Source: Acidimicrobiia bacterium
Lineage (GTDB): Bacteria > Actinomycetota > Acidimicrobiia > IMCC26256 > PALSA-555
NCBI GenBank assembly: GCA_035948415.1
Contig: DASZJD010000111.1
Location: 17,873 to 81,872, forward strand
Reading direction: 5' to 3'
Length of the DNA: 64,000 bases
The translations under genes and the position numbers were made by a program. The notes under the pieces are model-generated. The model saw nothing but the letters and a program-made list of their open reading frames with translations. It did not search any database and was not told where the DNA came from. Of the stretch, positions 42,797 through 51,440 are shown one piece after another. The first letter of the stretch is position 1. Every line of letters starts with the position of its first letter.

Positions 42797-42807
42797 GACC
42801 GAACCAT

Positions 42808-42837
42808 CGTACCGGCGCGCCGACGCGCGCCGGTACG
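42808..42837. promoter_or_regulatory. 12-bp perfect inverted repeat CGTACCGGCGCG-ccgacg-CGCGCCGGTACG, 11 nt upstream of the pcrA ATG (operator or terminator-like hairpin)
   Basis: Read directly from the sequence. It fills most of the 46-nt gap between the small ORF's stop (42843) and the pcrA start (42796). It overlaps a minus-strand TACGAT hexamer (42806-42811). Confidence 0.5.
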
Positions 42838-42842
42838 ACGCG

Positions 42843-43070
42843 TCACGGGCTGATTCGCAGCAGCCGGGTGCCGGAGGGGTCGAGGACCAGCGTCAGCGCG
42901 CCCGTGCGAGGGTCGCGCCAGGCACCGTGGAACGGAACCCACACCACCGGCAGACGCGGGTCCTCCGGGTCGGCGTCGCGCGGGACGCGGCGGAACCGAC
43001 ATCGGCCGCGGTCCACGACCCACGTGTCGTGCGCGGTGCTCAGCCGCTCCTGGCTGTCGACGACGGGCAC
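42843..43070 (-). CDS. Small hypothetical protein (75 aa)
   Basis: ATG-initiated ORF with high GC3, lying between dtd and pcrA. No family recognised. Confidence 0.45.
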   Translation of the reverse strand: MPVVDSQERLSTAHDTWVVDRGRCRFRRVPRDADPEDPRLPVVWVPFHGAWRDPRTGALTLVLDPSGTRLLRISP

Positions 43071-43139
43071 GCGGTGATCGTGCCCCGCGCGACCTGAGGG
43101 AAGCCTGAGCCGCCGGCCAGGGGATCGTGAAGAGGCCGG

Positions 43140-43577
43140 TCAGACCTCGAGCAGGAGGGTGACCGGGCCGTCGTTCACGAGCTCGACGGCCATGTGGGCG
43201 CCGAAGCGGCCGGTGGCGACGGTTGCCCCCAAGGCGCGCAGCGCGGCGGCGAAGCCGTCGACGAGCGGCTCGGCGACCGCCGGCGGCGCCGCCGCGGCCC
43301 ACGAGGGGCGTCGCCCCCGGTCGGTGTCGCCGTAGAGCGTGAACTGGCTCACGACGAGCGCGGCCCGGCTCGTGTCGGCGAGCGACCGTTGCATCGGGGC
43401 GGCGCCGTCCGGGAACACGCGCAGGTGCCACACCTTGTCGGCGAGCCGGCGGGCCGAGGCCTCGTCGTCACCGTGGGTCACGCCGACGAGCACGCACAGG
43501 CCCGCCCCGATCGCCCCGACGACCTCGGCCCCCACCCGCACCCGGGCCTCGGCGACCCGCTGGACGAGCGCCCGCAC
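43140..43577 (-). CDS. dtd: D-aminoacyl-tRNA deacylase
   Basis: 145 aa. Motifs: [34 protein letters not shown] and the ending [11 protein letters not shown]. Confidence 0.93.
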   Translation of the reverse strand: MRALVQRVAEARVRVGAEVVGAIGAGLCVLVGVTHGDDEASARRLADKVWHLRVFPDGAAPMQRSLADTSRAALVVSQFTLYGDTDRGRRPSWAAAAPPAVAEPLVDGFAAALRALGATVATGRFGAHMAVELVNDGPVTLLLEV

Positions 43578-43586
43578 GGCGGTGGC

Positions 43587-43760
43587 TCAGCGCGCCGACC
43601 GGGCGTCGACCGGCACGTCCGTCGGGTTCGCCGCGGTGGCCGGCTCCAGCCCCCAGCTCACGATCCGGCGGCGTCGCCGTCGGTCGGCGCCCACCGCCGC
43701 CGGTGGGCCCGTCGTCGGTCCCCGCGGGCACTCGATCTCGGCCTTCGTGCACCCGCCCAC
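43587..43760 (-). CDS. Candidate small ORF (57 aa) below the ORF-track length cutoff
   Basis: GTG 43760 to TGA 43587. Nearly all third positions are G/C, as in real genes here. It ends 9 nt before the dtd GTG. It is in the same frame as the upstream nucleotidyltransferase gene after that gene's TGA. Confidence 0.3.
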   Translation of the reverse strand: MGGCTKAEIECPRGPTTGPPAAVGADRRRRRRIVSWGLEPATAANPTDVPVDARSAR

Positions 43761-43814
43761 GCCGGGCCACGCTACCGGCGGGCTCGGGCCGCCCCGACGC
43801 CGTTCAGCTGGTGT

Positions 43815-44693
43815 TCACCAGCCGGCGACCACGCCGCGGACGTGGTCGCGGAAGGCCAGCAGCGGCGGCGCGTCCCAGTCGTGCCCGTCGGTCTGCCGTC
43901 GGTCGGCGGCGACCGGCTCCGGCGACCGGTAGCACGCCAGCGCCTGTGCCACCGTGGGACGGAGGGCCTCGGGGAGACGGGCCAGCGCCCACTCGCCGCC
44001 CTCCTCCTTCGTCAGCACGTGGTCCCAGCCGTACGACGCGTCGAGGGCCAGGACGCGGCAGCAGTTGAGGACGCCGTAGAACGGGCTCCGCAGGACGTGG
44101 TCGCCGGTGAGGATCCAGGCCAGGTCGTCGAGGATCGCGGCCCGGGTGGCCTCGACGGGCACGGGCCCGAACACGTCGGCGATCGGGGCCCCGCGGAGGC
44201 GCACCCCGCGGGCCCGCACGGCGGTGCAGTGGACGGCCAGGTCGGGATCGCCCCGGTCCCGGGCGAAGTCCACGGCGTCAGCACGGACCGCCTGCTTCCA
44301 CCGCTCGCTGTAGTGCACCTCGAACGGGAGCGGCGCGCGGAAGCCCAGCGTGTGCGCACGTCGGAGGACCGACACCTCCAGATCGCCCACCTGGGGGCGG
44401 CCGTCGGACCAGTCGCAGAGCGTCAGCGCCACCGCCCGTCGACGCGCCGGCGACAGCCGGTCCTCGACGACGAACAGCAGGTCGACGTCGCTCTTCGGCC
44501 GGTAGAGCGAGCCGGTCGCGAGCGAGCCGTGCAGGTAGGCGCCGACGCAGACCGCAGGGTCCAGGTCGGCCGCGGCCGCGCTCGCCACGGCGCCCACGAA
44601 CGATCGCAGGTCGTCGTCCGCGGTCGCCCACGCCTGCCGCCGCCCGAGCGCATGCGGGTGGCGGATGGCCGGGGGCACGGAGCGAGGCTCCAC
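43815..44693 (-). CDS. Nucleotidyltransferase-domain protein with a DUF4111-like C-terminus (aminoglycoside adenylyltransferase-like family)
   Basis: 292 aa. GAYLHGSLATGSLYRPKSDVDLLFVVED is the NTase fold motif (GS...DxD). The substrate is unknown. Confidence 0.75.
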   Translation of the reverse strand: MEPRSVPPAIRHPHALGRRQAWATADDDLRSFVGAVASAAAADLDPAVCVGAYLHGSLATGSLYRPKSDVDLLFVVEDRLSPARRRAVALTLCDWSDGRPQVGDLEVSVLRRAHTLGFRAPLPFEVHYSERWKQAVRADAVDFARDRGDPDLAVHCTAVRARGVRLRGAPIADVFGPVPVEATRAAILDDLAWILTGDHVLRSPFYGVLNCCRVLALDASYGWDHVLTKEEGGEWALARLPEALRPTVAQALACYRSPEPVAADRRQTDGHDWDAPPLLAFRDHVRGVVAGW

Positions 44694-44749
44694 GGTCCGC
44701 AGCGCCGGCGGTCGCGGCGGGCGACCGGGGCTCGGTCGACCCGGCCCGG

Positions 44750-45775
44750 TTAGGCGGCCCGCTCCATGTCGCTCGAGTACCGGCCCGAACGGGCCAGGCT
44801 GTTGAGGCGAGCCCGGGCCAGGAAGGCCGCTTGCGCGGCCCGACGGTTGCCGGGGTCACCGCCCCAGGCCTGCTGCGCGGCCGCCTGGAGGGCCCGCCCG
44901 TACGAGAAGCTCAGCTGCCACGGGTGCGGTCCCCGCTGGTTCATCGCGTTGAGGTGCGCGGTGGCGTCCTCGTCGCTCTGGCCGCCGGAGAGGAAGACGA
45001 CGCCCGGCACCGACGCCGGAACCCGATCGGCGAAGCAGGACAGCGTCTGGTCGGCCACCTCCTCGATCGAGGCCTGCCGCGGCGCGTCGTAGCCCGAGAG
45101 CACCATGTTCGGCTTCAGCAGCGTGCCGGGCAGCCGGATCCGCTGCTGGGAGAGCGCGTGGTAGAGGGCCTCGAGCACGGCGTCGGTCACCTCCCGGGAG
45201 CGCTCGATCGTGTGGTCACCCTCCATGAGCACCTCGGGCTCGACGATCGGGACGATGTCCGCCTCCTGGCAGAGGGCGGCGTACCGGGCGAGCCCGACCG
45301 CGTTCACGTCGATGGCGTTCTGGGACGGGAGCGAATCGCTGATGGTGTAGGTCGCCCGCCACTTCGCGAACCGGGCCCCGAGGGCCTTGTACTCGGCGAG
45401 GCGCTCGCGCAGCCCGTCGAGGCCCTCGGTCACGGTCTCGCCGGGGTCGGCCAGGGCCAGCGGCTTGGCGCCGGTGTCGACCTTGATGCCGGGGATGACC
45501 CCCTGGCTCTCGAGCACCTTCGGGAACGGCACGTCTCCCTCGAGCGACGCCTGACGGATCGTCTCGTCGTAGAGGATCACGCCGCTGATGGAGTCGCCGA
45601 TGCCGTCGGCGGTGAAGAGCAGGTCCCGGTAGGCCCGGCGGTTGTCCTCGGTCGACTCGACGCCGATCTTGTCGAACCGCTTCTTGATCGTGCCGGTGCT
45701 CTCGTCGGCGGCGAGGATCCCCTTGCCGGGGGCGACGAGGGCCCGGGCCGTCGATTCGAGGGTCTCGAGGTTCAT
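44750..45775 (-). CDS. Fructose-bisphosphate aldolase, class I
   Basis: 341 aa. Motifs: GKGILAADESTGTIKKRF, GVILYDETI and LLKPNMV (Schiff-base Lys region). The SD motif GGGAG lies within the guaA 3' end. Confidence 0.92.
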   Translation of the reverse strand: MNLETLESTARALVAPGKGILAADESTGTIKKRFDKIGVESTEDNRRAYRDLLFTADGIGDSISGVILYDETIRQASLEGDVPFPKVLESQGVIPGIKVDTGAKPLALADPGETVTEGLDGLRERLAEYKALGARFAKWRATYTISDSLPSQNAIDVNAVGLARYAALCQEADIVPIVEPEVLMEGDHTIERSREVTDAVLEALYHALSQQRIRLPGTLLKPNMVLSGYDAPRQASIEEVADQTLSCFADRVPASVPGVVFLSGGQSDEDATAHLNAMNQRGPHPWQLSFSYGRALQAAAQQAWGGDPGNRRAAQAAFLARARLNSLARSGRYSSDMERAA

Positions 45776-45779
45776 CGTG

Positions 45780-47321
45780 TCACTCCCACTCGATCGTGCC
45801 GGGTGGCTTGCTGGTGATGTCGTAGGCGACGCGGTTCACGCCCGGGACCTCGTTGATGATCCTGGACGCGATGCGCTCGAGCACGTCGTGCGGCAGTCGA
45901 GCCCAGTCGGCCGTCATCGCGTCCTCCGAGGTCACCGCCCGCACCACAACCGGGTACTCGTAGGTGCGGCCGTCGCCCATCACGCCCACGGTGCGGATGG
46001 CCGGCAGCACCGCGAAGCTCTGCCAGAGCTCACGATACAGGCCGGCCCGGCGGACCTCCTCGGTGACGACGTGGTCGGCCCGACGGAGCGTCTCGAGGCG
46101 GTCGGGCGTCACCTCGCCGATGATGCGGACGGCCAGGCCCGGCCCGGGGAAGGGCTGGCGCCAGACGATCTCCTCGGGGAGGCCCAGCTCCTCGCCGACG
46201 GCGCGGACCTCGTCCTTGAAGAGGCTGCGGAGGGGCTCGACGAGCTCGAAGCGCATGTCGGCCGGCAGGCCCCCGACGTTGTGGTGCGACTTGATCGTGG
46301 CGTTGTCGGCGCCTCCCGACTCGACGATGTCCGGGTAGAGGGTGCCCTGCACGAGGAACCGCGCGTCGGCGAGGTCCGACGCCACCTCCTCGAAGACCCG
46401 GATGAACGTCTCCCCGATGATCTTGCGCTTGCGCTCCGGCTCGGTGACGCCGGCCAGGGCGCCGAGGAACCGGTCGGCGGCCTTGACGTGGACGAGATCG
46501 ACCTGGAACTGGCGCCGGAACGTCTCCTCGACCTGCTCGGCCTCGCCGAGGCGCAGCAGCCCCGTGTCGACGAACACGCACGTGAGCTGGTCACCGACCG
46601 CCTTGTGGACGAGGGCCGCCGCCACCGCCGAGTCGACGCCGCCGGACAGGCCGCACACGACGCGGGCGTCGCCCAGCTGGGCCCGGACCGCCGCGACCCC
46701 CTCGTCGATGATCGACGTGTGCGTCCACGTCGGGCGGCAGCCGCACACGTCGAAGAGAAAGGCGCGGAGCAGCTCGCCTCCCCGGTCGGTGTGCACCACC
46801 TCGGGGTGGAACTGCAGCCCGTAGAGGGCCCGCTCGCGGTCCTCGAAGGCGGCGACGGGCGCGCCGGGCGAGCACGCGGTGATCGTGGCGCCGTCGGGCG
46901 CGGCGACGATGGCGTCGCCGTGGCTCATCCACACCGTCTGGTCGGTCGGCGTCTCCGCGAAGAGCAGCGAGCCCGCCGGCGTGCGGGTCAGCGGTGTGCG
47001 CCCGTACTCGCCGCCGCCCGTGCGGCGCACCTCCCCCCCGAGCTGACTGGCCACCAGCTGGGCGCCGTAGCAGATGCCGAGGACGGGGACACCGGCGCGG
47101 TAGATGGCCGGGTCGATGGTCGGCGCGCCGTCGGCGTGCACCGAAGCCGGACCGCCGGAGAAGATGATCCCGCGAGGCCGTCGGGCCAGCACGTCGCTGA
47201 CCGACGCGGTGCGGGGCACGATCTCGGAGTAGACGCGGGCCTCGCGGACCCGCCGGGCGATGAGCTGCGCGTACTGGGCCCCGAAGTCGAGGACGAGGAC
47301 GGTGTCGTGGTCGAGCGTCAA
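45780..47321 (-). CDS. guaA: GMP synthase (glutamine-hydrolysing)
   Basis: 513 aa, TTG start. Motifs: [37 protein letters not shown] and the ending KPPGTIEWE. Confidence 0.96.
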   Translation of the reverse strand: MTLDHDTVLVLDFGAQYAQLIARRVREARVYSEIVPRTASVSDVLARRPRGIIFSGGPASVHADGAPTIDPAIYRAGVPVLGICYGAQLVASQLGGEVRRTGGGEYGRTPLTRTPAGSLLFAETPTDQTVWMSHGDAIVAAPDGATITACSPGAPVAAFEDRERALYGLQFHPEVVHTDRGGELLRAFLFDVCGCRPTWTHTSIIDEGVAAVRAQLGDARVVCGLSGGVDSAVAAALVHKAVGDQLTCVFVDTGLLRLGEAEQVEETFRRQFQVDLVHVKAADRFLGALAGVTEPERKRKIIGETFIRVFEEVASDLADARFLVQGTLYPDIVESGGADNATIKSHHNVGGLPADMRFELVEPLRSLFKDEVRAVGEELGLPEEIVWRQPFPGPGLAVRIIGEVTPDRLETLRRADHVVTEEVRRAGLYRELWQSFAVLPAIRTVGVMGDGRTYEYPVVVRAVTSEDAMTADWARLPHDVLERIASRIINEVPGVNRVAYDITSKPPGTIEWE

Positions 47322-47331
47322 CGCCTCGTAC

Positions 47332-48498
47332 TCAGCGCCCCATGCCGATGTGCTGCTCCCGCTGGAGCACCTTGCCCTCGGTCTTCACCGCGGGCGCGAC
47401 CATCAGCTCGGCCTTCTGGAACTCCTTGAGGGTCTCGTAGCCGGTGGTCGCCATCGAGGTGCGGAGGGCACCGAACAGGTTCAGGGAGCCGTCGTTCTCG
47501 TGGGCGGGGCCGACGAGGATCTCGGCCAGGGAGGCGCTGCGCCCGGCGAAGACGCGGGCCCCGCGCGGCAGCGTCGGGTGGAACGTCGCCATGCCCCAGT
47601 GGTACCCGCGGCCGGGCGCCTCGTAGGCGCGGGCGAGCGGCGAGCCCAGCATCACCGCGTCGGCACCGCAGGCGATGGCCTTGGCGACGTCGCCGCCGGT
47701 GCCCATGCCGCCGTCGGCGATGACGTGCACGTACACGCCGGTCTCGTCGAGGTGGCGGATGCGGGCGCCGGCGGCGTCGGCGATGGCCGTCGCCTGGGGA
47801 ACGCCGATGCCGAGGACGCCCCGGGTGGTGCAGGCGTGGCCGGGGCCGACGCCGACGAGCACCCCGACGGCACCGGTGCGCATGAGGTGCAGCGCCGTCG
47901 AGTAGGAGGCGCAGCCGCCGACGACGACGGGCAGCTCGAACTCGCGGATGAACTTCTTGAGGTTGAGCGGCTGGCGGGCGCCGTCCTTCGACACGTGCTC
48001 GGCGGACACGACCGTCCCCTGGATGACGAGGAGGTCGAGCTCGGCGTCGAGCACGTGCTTGGCGTAGCGCTCGACCCGCTGCGGCGTCAGCGACGCGCAC
48101 GTCGTGACGCCACCGGCCTTCATCTCGCGGATGCGGGCGCCGATCAGCGCCTCGTCGATCGGCTCGGCGTAGATCTCCTGCATGCGACGCGTCGCCTTCT
48201 CGGCCGGGAGCTCGGCGATCTCCTCGAACAGCGGCTCGGGGTCCTCGTAGCGGGTCCAGAGGCCCTCGAGGTTCAGGCAGGCCAGCCCGCCGAGCCGCCC
48301 GACCTCCACCGCGACCCGCGGCGAGACCACCCCGTCCATCGCCGCGGCGACGAGCGGGAGCTCGAACGCGAAGGCGTCGATCTCCCACGAGATGTCGATG
48401 TCCTCGGGGTCCCGGGTCCGGCGACTCGGCACGACCGCGATCTCGTCGAATCCGTAGGCCCGTCGCCCGGTCTTGCCGATTCCGATCTCGACTTCCAC
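47332..48498 (-). CDS. IMP dehydrogenase-family protein without a CBS insert (GuaB3-like)
   Basis: ORF 47332..48747 trimmed to GTG 48498, with GGGGAG 5 nt upstream. 388 aa. Motifs: [35 protein letters not shown] and [25 protein letters not shown]. Confidence 0.88.
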   Translation of the reverse strand: MEVEIGIGKTGRRAYGFDEIAVVPSRRTRDPEDIDISWEIDAFAFELPLVAAAMDGVVSPRVAVEVGRLGGLACLNLEGLWTRYEDPEPLFEEIAELPAEKATRRMQEIYAEPIDEALIGARIREMKAGGVTTCASLTPQRVERYAKHVLDAELDLLVIQGTVVSAEHVSKDGARQPLNLKKFIREFELPVVVGGCASYSTALHLMRTGAVGVLVGVGPGHACTTRGVLGIGVPQATAIADAAGARIRHLDETGVYVHVIADGGMGTGGDVAKAIACGADAVMLGSPLARAYEAPGRGYHWGMATFHPTLPRGARVFAGRSASLAEILVGPAHENDGSLNLFGALRTSMATTGYETLKEFQKAELMVAPAVKTEGKVLQREQHIGMGR

Positions 48499-48530
48499 GC
48501 TGCTCCCCACTCCTCGACGCCGGAACGCTG

Positions 48531-48536
48531 ATCGTA
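48531..48536 (-). promoter_or_regulatory. -10-like hexamer TACGAT (minus strand), about 32 nt upstream of the GuaB3-like start
   Basis: TANNNT form. It would give a short SD-containing leader. The -35 region is weak. Confidence 0.3.
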
Positions 48537-48628
48537 CCGCCCAGGTTCTGAGGACCCGCTGACCGGCCCGGCGACGGGGTGCGGCGCCGCCGCCCGGCCG
48601 CGGGCCCGTGGGCGGCCTGCCCCGGGCG

Positions 48629-49354
48629 TCAGCGATCGGCGGTGAGATGGGCGAGGAAGCCGGCGAGGATGCGGGCGGTCGCGCCCCACACCGTCTCCCC
48701 CGCGAGCTCGAAGAAGTGGATGGGGCGGTCCTGGCCCGGGGTGACACCGAGGTCGGGGGGCACGTCCCAGCGCTCCTCGCGGTAGACGCCGTCGTCGAGC
48801 AGCTCGGCGATCGACACGTCGAACACGCGCACCACCTCGGTCGGGTCGGGCGCCAGCCGCGGGGTCTCGGCGAGCAGCCCGACGAACGGCGTGAGCACGA
48901 ACCGCGACGCGACCGTCGTGATGCTGTCGAGCTCGGCGACGACCTCGACGATCCCCGGGTCCAGCCCGATCTCCTCGTTCGCCTCCCGGAGTGCGGCGTC
49001 GCGCGGGCTGCCGTCGCGCTCGGCCTCCAGCTTGCCGCCCGGGAACGCGATCTCGCCCCGGTGGGACGGCATGGTCTCCGGTCGCTTGGTGAGGATCAAG
49101 CGGGCCGGGCCGTCGGCCTGAAAGCAGGGGACGAGCACGGCCGCCGGTCGAGCGCCGGGAGGAGCGGGCAGCCGCCGGGGAGCCGGCAGCCGGGCGCAGG
49201 CGGCCCGAACCTCCGCCAGCGTGAACTGACGACGGTCGGGCGGCAGCCGCGACCACGGCGAGGGACGACCGGGACGCGCCGACGGCGGTCGCGGGATGCG
49301 CTGTCGGCCCCCGCGCGTCACCACGCGCCGCAGCGTAGGCTCGCACGCTGCCAC
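48629..49354 (-). CDS. NUDIX hydrolase, CoA pyrophosphatase-like
   Basis: Nudix box GEIAFPGGKLEAERDGSPRDAALREANEEIGL. The AAVLVP...LILTKR context is typical of CoA pyrophosphatases. The start is uncertain, with in-frame GTGs downstream of 49354. Confidence 0.82.
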   Translation of the reverse strand: MAACEPTLRRVVTRGGRQRIPRPPSARPGRPSPWSRLPPDRRQFTLAEVRAACARLPAPRRLPAPPGARPAAVLVPCFQADGPARLILTKRPETMPSHRGEIAFPGGKLEAERDGSPRDAALREANEEIGLDPGIVEVVAELDSITTVASRFVLTPFVGLLAETPRLAPDPTEVVRVFDVSIAELLDDGVYREERWDVPPDLGVTPGQDRPIHFFELAGETVWGATARILAGFLAHLTADR

Positions 49355-49368
49355 GACGCGGGAGTGCG

Positions 49369-50997
49369 ATGGGGAACTGGAACCTGGCCACGGTGTTCGA
49401 GTCCGTTCGGGACGCGCTGCCGGCGCGCACCGCCCTCGTCCAGGGACAGCGTCGCCGCTCGTGGCGCGAGTTCGACGATCGCGCCGCCCGGTTCGCCACC
49501 GGCCTCGAGGCCCTGGGCACGCGGCCCGACTCGAAGGTGGCGCTGTACCTGTACAACGGCAACGAGTACCTCGAGGCCATGTACGGGACCCTCAAGGCCG
49601 AGGCGGTCCACGTCAACGTCAACTACCGCTACCTCGCCGACGAGCTCGCCTACCTCCTCGAGAACGCCGACGCCGAGGTCTTGGTCTTCCACGGCGCGCT
49701 CGCGGAGCAGGTGGCGGCGGCGCGCGACCGCCTGCCGCGCTTGCGGGCGGTGGTGCAGGTCGACGACGGCGCCCCGCCCCTCGACGGGGCGCTCCCGTAC
49801 GAGGAGCTGCTCGACCAGCACCCGCCGATGCCGCGGCGCGACCGGTCGGGCGACCGGTGCTGGTTCCTCTACACCGGCGGCACGACCGGCATGCCGAAGG
49901 GGGTGATGTGGCGCAACGAGGACCTGTTCGGCACCCTCGGCGAGAACAGCTACCCCCTGTACCGCGAGACGATGCCGGAGCGCGCCGACGACGCCGGCGC
50001 CACCGCGGCCCGGATCGTCGAGGGCGGGCGGGCCCCGATCCACCTCCCGGCGTCACCGCTCATGCACGGCACCGGCGCCATGTCCAGCATCCAGACCCTC
50101 TTCCTCGGCGGCACCGTGGTCACGCTCGAGGGCCGGCACTTCGACCCCGACGAGCTGTGGCGCACCGTGGAGCGGGAGCGGGTGACCCAACTGGCCATCG
50201 TCGGTGACGCGTTCGCCAAGCCGATGGTGCGAGCGCTCGAGGCCGCCGAGGAGCGGGGCCGGCCCTACGACCTGTCGTCGCTCGGACTCGTGATCAGCAG
50301 CGGCGTGATCTGGAGCGCCGAGGTCAAGGCCGCGCTCCAGCAGCGCCAGCCGGCGTTCCTCCTCGACAGCCTCGGCTCGAGCGAGGGGGTCGGCTTCGCG
50401 TCCAGCATCACCGCGCCGGGCCAGGAGGCCCGCACGGCTCGCTTCCGCGTCGGCCCGCGCACGAAGGTCCTCACCGAGGACGGCCAGGAGGTGACGCCGG
50501 GCTCGGGCGAGCAGGGCATCCTGGCGCTCGGTGGGTACCTCCCGCTCGGCTACTACAAGGACGCGGCGAAGACCGCGGCCACGTTCCGGACGATGGCGGG
50601 GGCGCGCTACTCGGTGCCCGGCGACTGGGCGACGGTCGACGCCGACGGGACGATCACGCTGCTCGGTCGGGGCTCGGTGTGCATCAACTCGGGGGGCGAG
50701 AAGATCTACCCCGAGGAGGTCGAGGAGTGGGTGAAGCGCGACCCGGCGGTCGCCGACTGCGTCGCCGTCGGCGTGCCGGACGAGCGCTACGGCGAGGCGG
50801 TGGCGGTCGTCGTCGCGGCGGAGCCGGGGGCGGCCCTGGACCCGGAGCGGCTGAAGGACGCCGGTGACGGGCTGGCCCGGTTCAAGCGGCCCCGCCACGT
50901 CGTCGTCGTGGACGAGATCCCTCGGGGCCCGAACGGCAAGGCCGACTACGGCTGGGCTCGAAGCCGGGCCACGACGGTCGTCGCCGCGGGCGCCTGA
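49369..50997 (+). CDS. Acyl-CoA synthetase (AMP-forming), paralogue of 5812..7401
   Basis: 542 aa. GGGAG lies 4 nt upstream of the ATG. Motifs: FLYTGGTTGMPKGVMWRNEDL, VNVNYRYLADELAYLL and GGEKIYPEEVE. Confidence 0.92.
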   Translation: MGNWNLATVFESVRDALPARTALVQGQRRRSWREFDDRAARFATGLEALGTRPDSKVALYLYNGNEYLEAMYGTLKAEAVHVNVNYRYLADELAYLLENADAEVLVFHGALAEQVAAARDRLPRLRAVVQVDDGAPPLDGALPYEELLDQHPPMPRRDRSGDRCWFLYTGGTTGMPKGVMWRNEDLFGTLGENSYPLYRETMPERADDAGATAARIVEGGRAPIHLPASPLMHGTGAMSSIQTLFLGGTVVTLEGRHFDPDELWRTVERERVTQLAIVGDAFAKPMVRALEAAEERGRPYDLSSLGLVISSGVIWSAEVKAALQQRQPAFLLDSLGSSEGVGFASSITAPGQEARTARFRVGPRTKVLTEDGQEVTPGSGEQGILALGGYLPLGYYKDAAKTAATFRTMAGARYSVPGDWATVDADGTITLLGRGSVCINSGGEKIYPEEVEEWVKRDPAVADCVAVGVPDERYGEAVAVVVAAEPGAALDPERLKDAGDGLARFKRPRHVVVVDEIPRGPNGKADYGWARSRATTVVAAGA

Positions 50998-51004
50998 GCG
51001 CGCG

Positions 51005-51031
51005 GCGACCCCCAGCGGTGCCGGGGGTCGC
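51005..51031. terminator. Bidirectional hairpin GCGACCCCC-agcggtgcc-GGGGGTCGC between convergent genes
   Basis: 9-bp perfect GC stem. It starts 8 nt after the plus-strand stop and ends 10 nt before the groES stop. No T-tract. Confidence 0.45.
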
Positions 51032-51040
51032 GGCTCGGGA

Positions 51041-51334
51041 CTACTTCTGGACTTTGGCGAGGACGTCGCGGCCGGTGAGGATGAGGAGATCCTCGCCGTC
51101 GACGGTGATCTCGGTGCCGCCGTACTTCGAGTAGACGACGGTGTCCCCGGCCTTGACGTCCACGGGGATCAGCTCGCCCGTGTTCTCGGAGCGGCGGCCG
51201 GGCCCGACGGCCAGGACCTCGCCCTGCTGCGGCTTCTCTTTGGCCGTGTCGGGGATGACGAGCCCGCTGACCGTGGTCTCCTCGGGCTCCCCCGCTCGGA
51301 CGACGATGCGGTCCTCCAGCGGCTGCAGCTTCAT
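51041..51334 (-). CDS. groES: Co-chaperonin GroES
   Basis: 97 aa. Motifs: [36 protein letters not shown] and [17 protein letters not shown] lies 8 nt upstream of the ATG. Confidence 0.96.
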   Translation of the reverse strand: MKLQPLEDRIVVRAGEPEETTVSGLVIPDTAKEKPQQGEVLAVGPGRRSENTGELIPVDVKAGDTVVYSKYGGTEITVDGEDLLILTGRDVLAKVQK

Positions 51335-51368
51335 ACGGTGGGCCTCCTGCGGCGAGCGGTTGCGATGG

Positions 51369-51395
51369 TTAGCACTCGGCGGGTGTGAGTGCTAG
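51369..51395. promoter_or_regulatory. CIRCE operator (HrcA binding site) TTAGCACTC-N9-GAGTGCTAG
   Basis: Matches the CIRCE consensus TTAGCACTC-N9-GAGTGCTAA in 17 of 18 positions. It lies between the groES -10 box and the SD motif. Confidence 0.85.
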
Positions 51396-51399
51396 CGCA

Positions 51400-51428
51400 A
51401 ACATACCGTGCCCGGCCGGAGGCGGCAA
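51400..51428 (-). promoter_or_regulatory. Putative groES promoter: -35 TTGCCG (51423-51428), 17-nt spacer, -10 TATGTT (51400-51405), minus strand
   Basis: The spacing is canonical, the -10 fits TANNNT, and it lies immediately upstream of CIRCE and just downstream of the tsaD stop. Confidence 0.55.
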
Positions 51429-51440
51429 GCCCGGCACCCG

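Noticed and set aside
42801-42812. GAAC-catc-GTAC as a bona fide LexA SOS box upstream of pcrA.
   Set aside because: It has one mismatch in the GAAC-N4-GTTC core, and the flanking TC/GA positions of the longer consensus do not match. I report it only as a possibility within the palindrome finding.
43815-43817. TGA of the nucleotidyltransferase gene as a selenocysteine or programmed read-through codon, because the downstream frame stays open for 76 codons.
   Set aside because: I could not see a SECIS-like hairpin immediately downstream. Open frames of this length are expected by chance at this GC content. I kept only the downstream small ORF as a low-confidence candidate.
43815-44693. Calling the nucleotidyltransferase an aminoglycoside-resistance (aadA/ANT) gene.
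   Set aside because: Only the generic NTase fold motif and overall family resemblance are visible. Chromosomal homologues of unknown substrate are common, and there is no mobile-element context.
49369-51040. Searched downstream of groES for a groEL gene, or a degraded remnant of one.
   Set aside because: The interval is fully occupied by an intact convergent acyl-CoA synthetase gene and a hairpin. No chaperonin-60 motifs appear in any frame.
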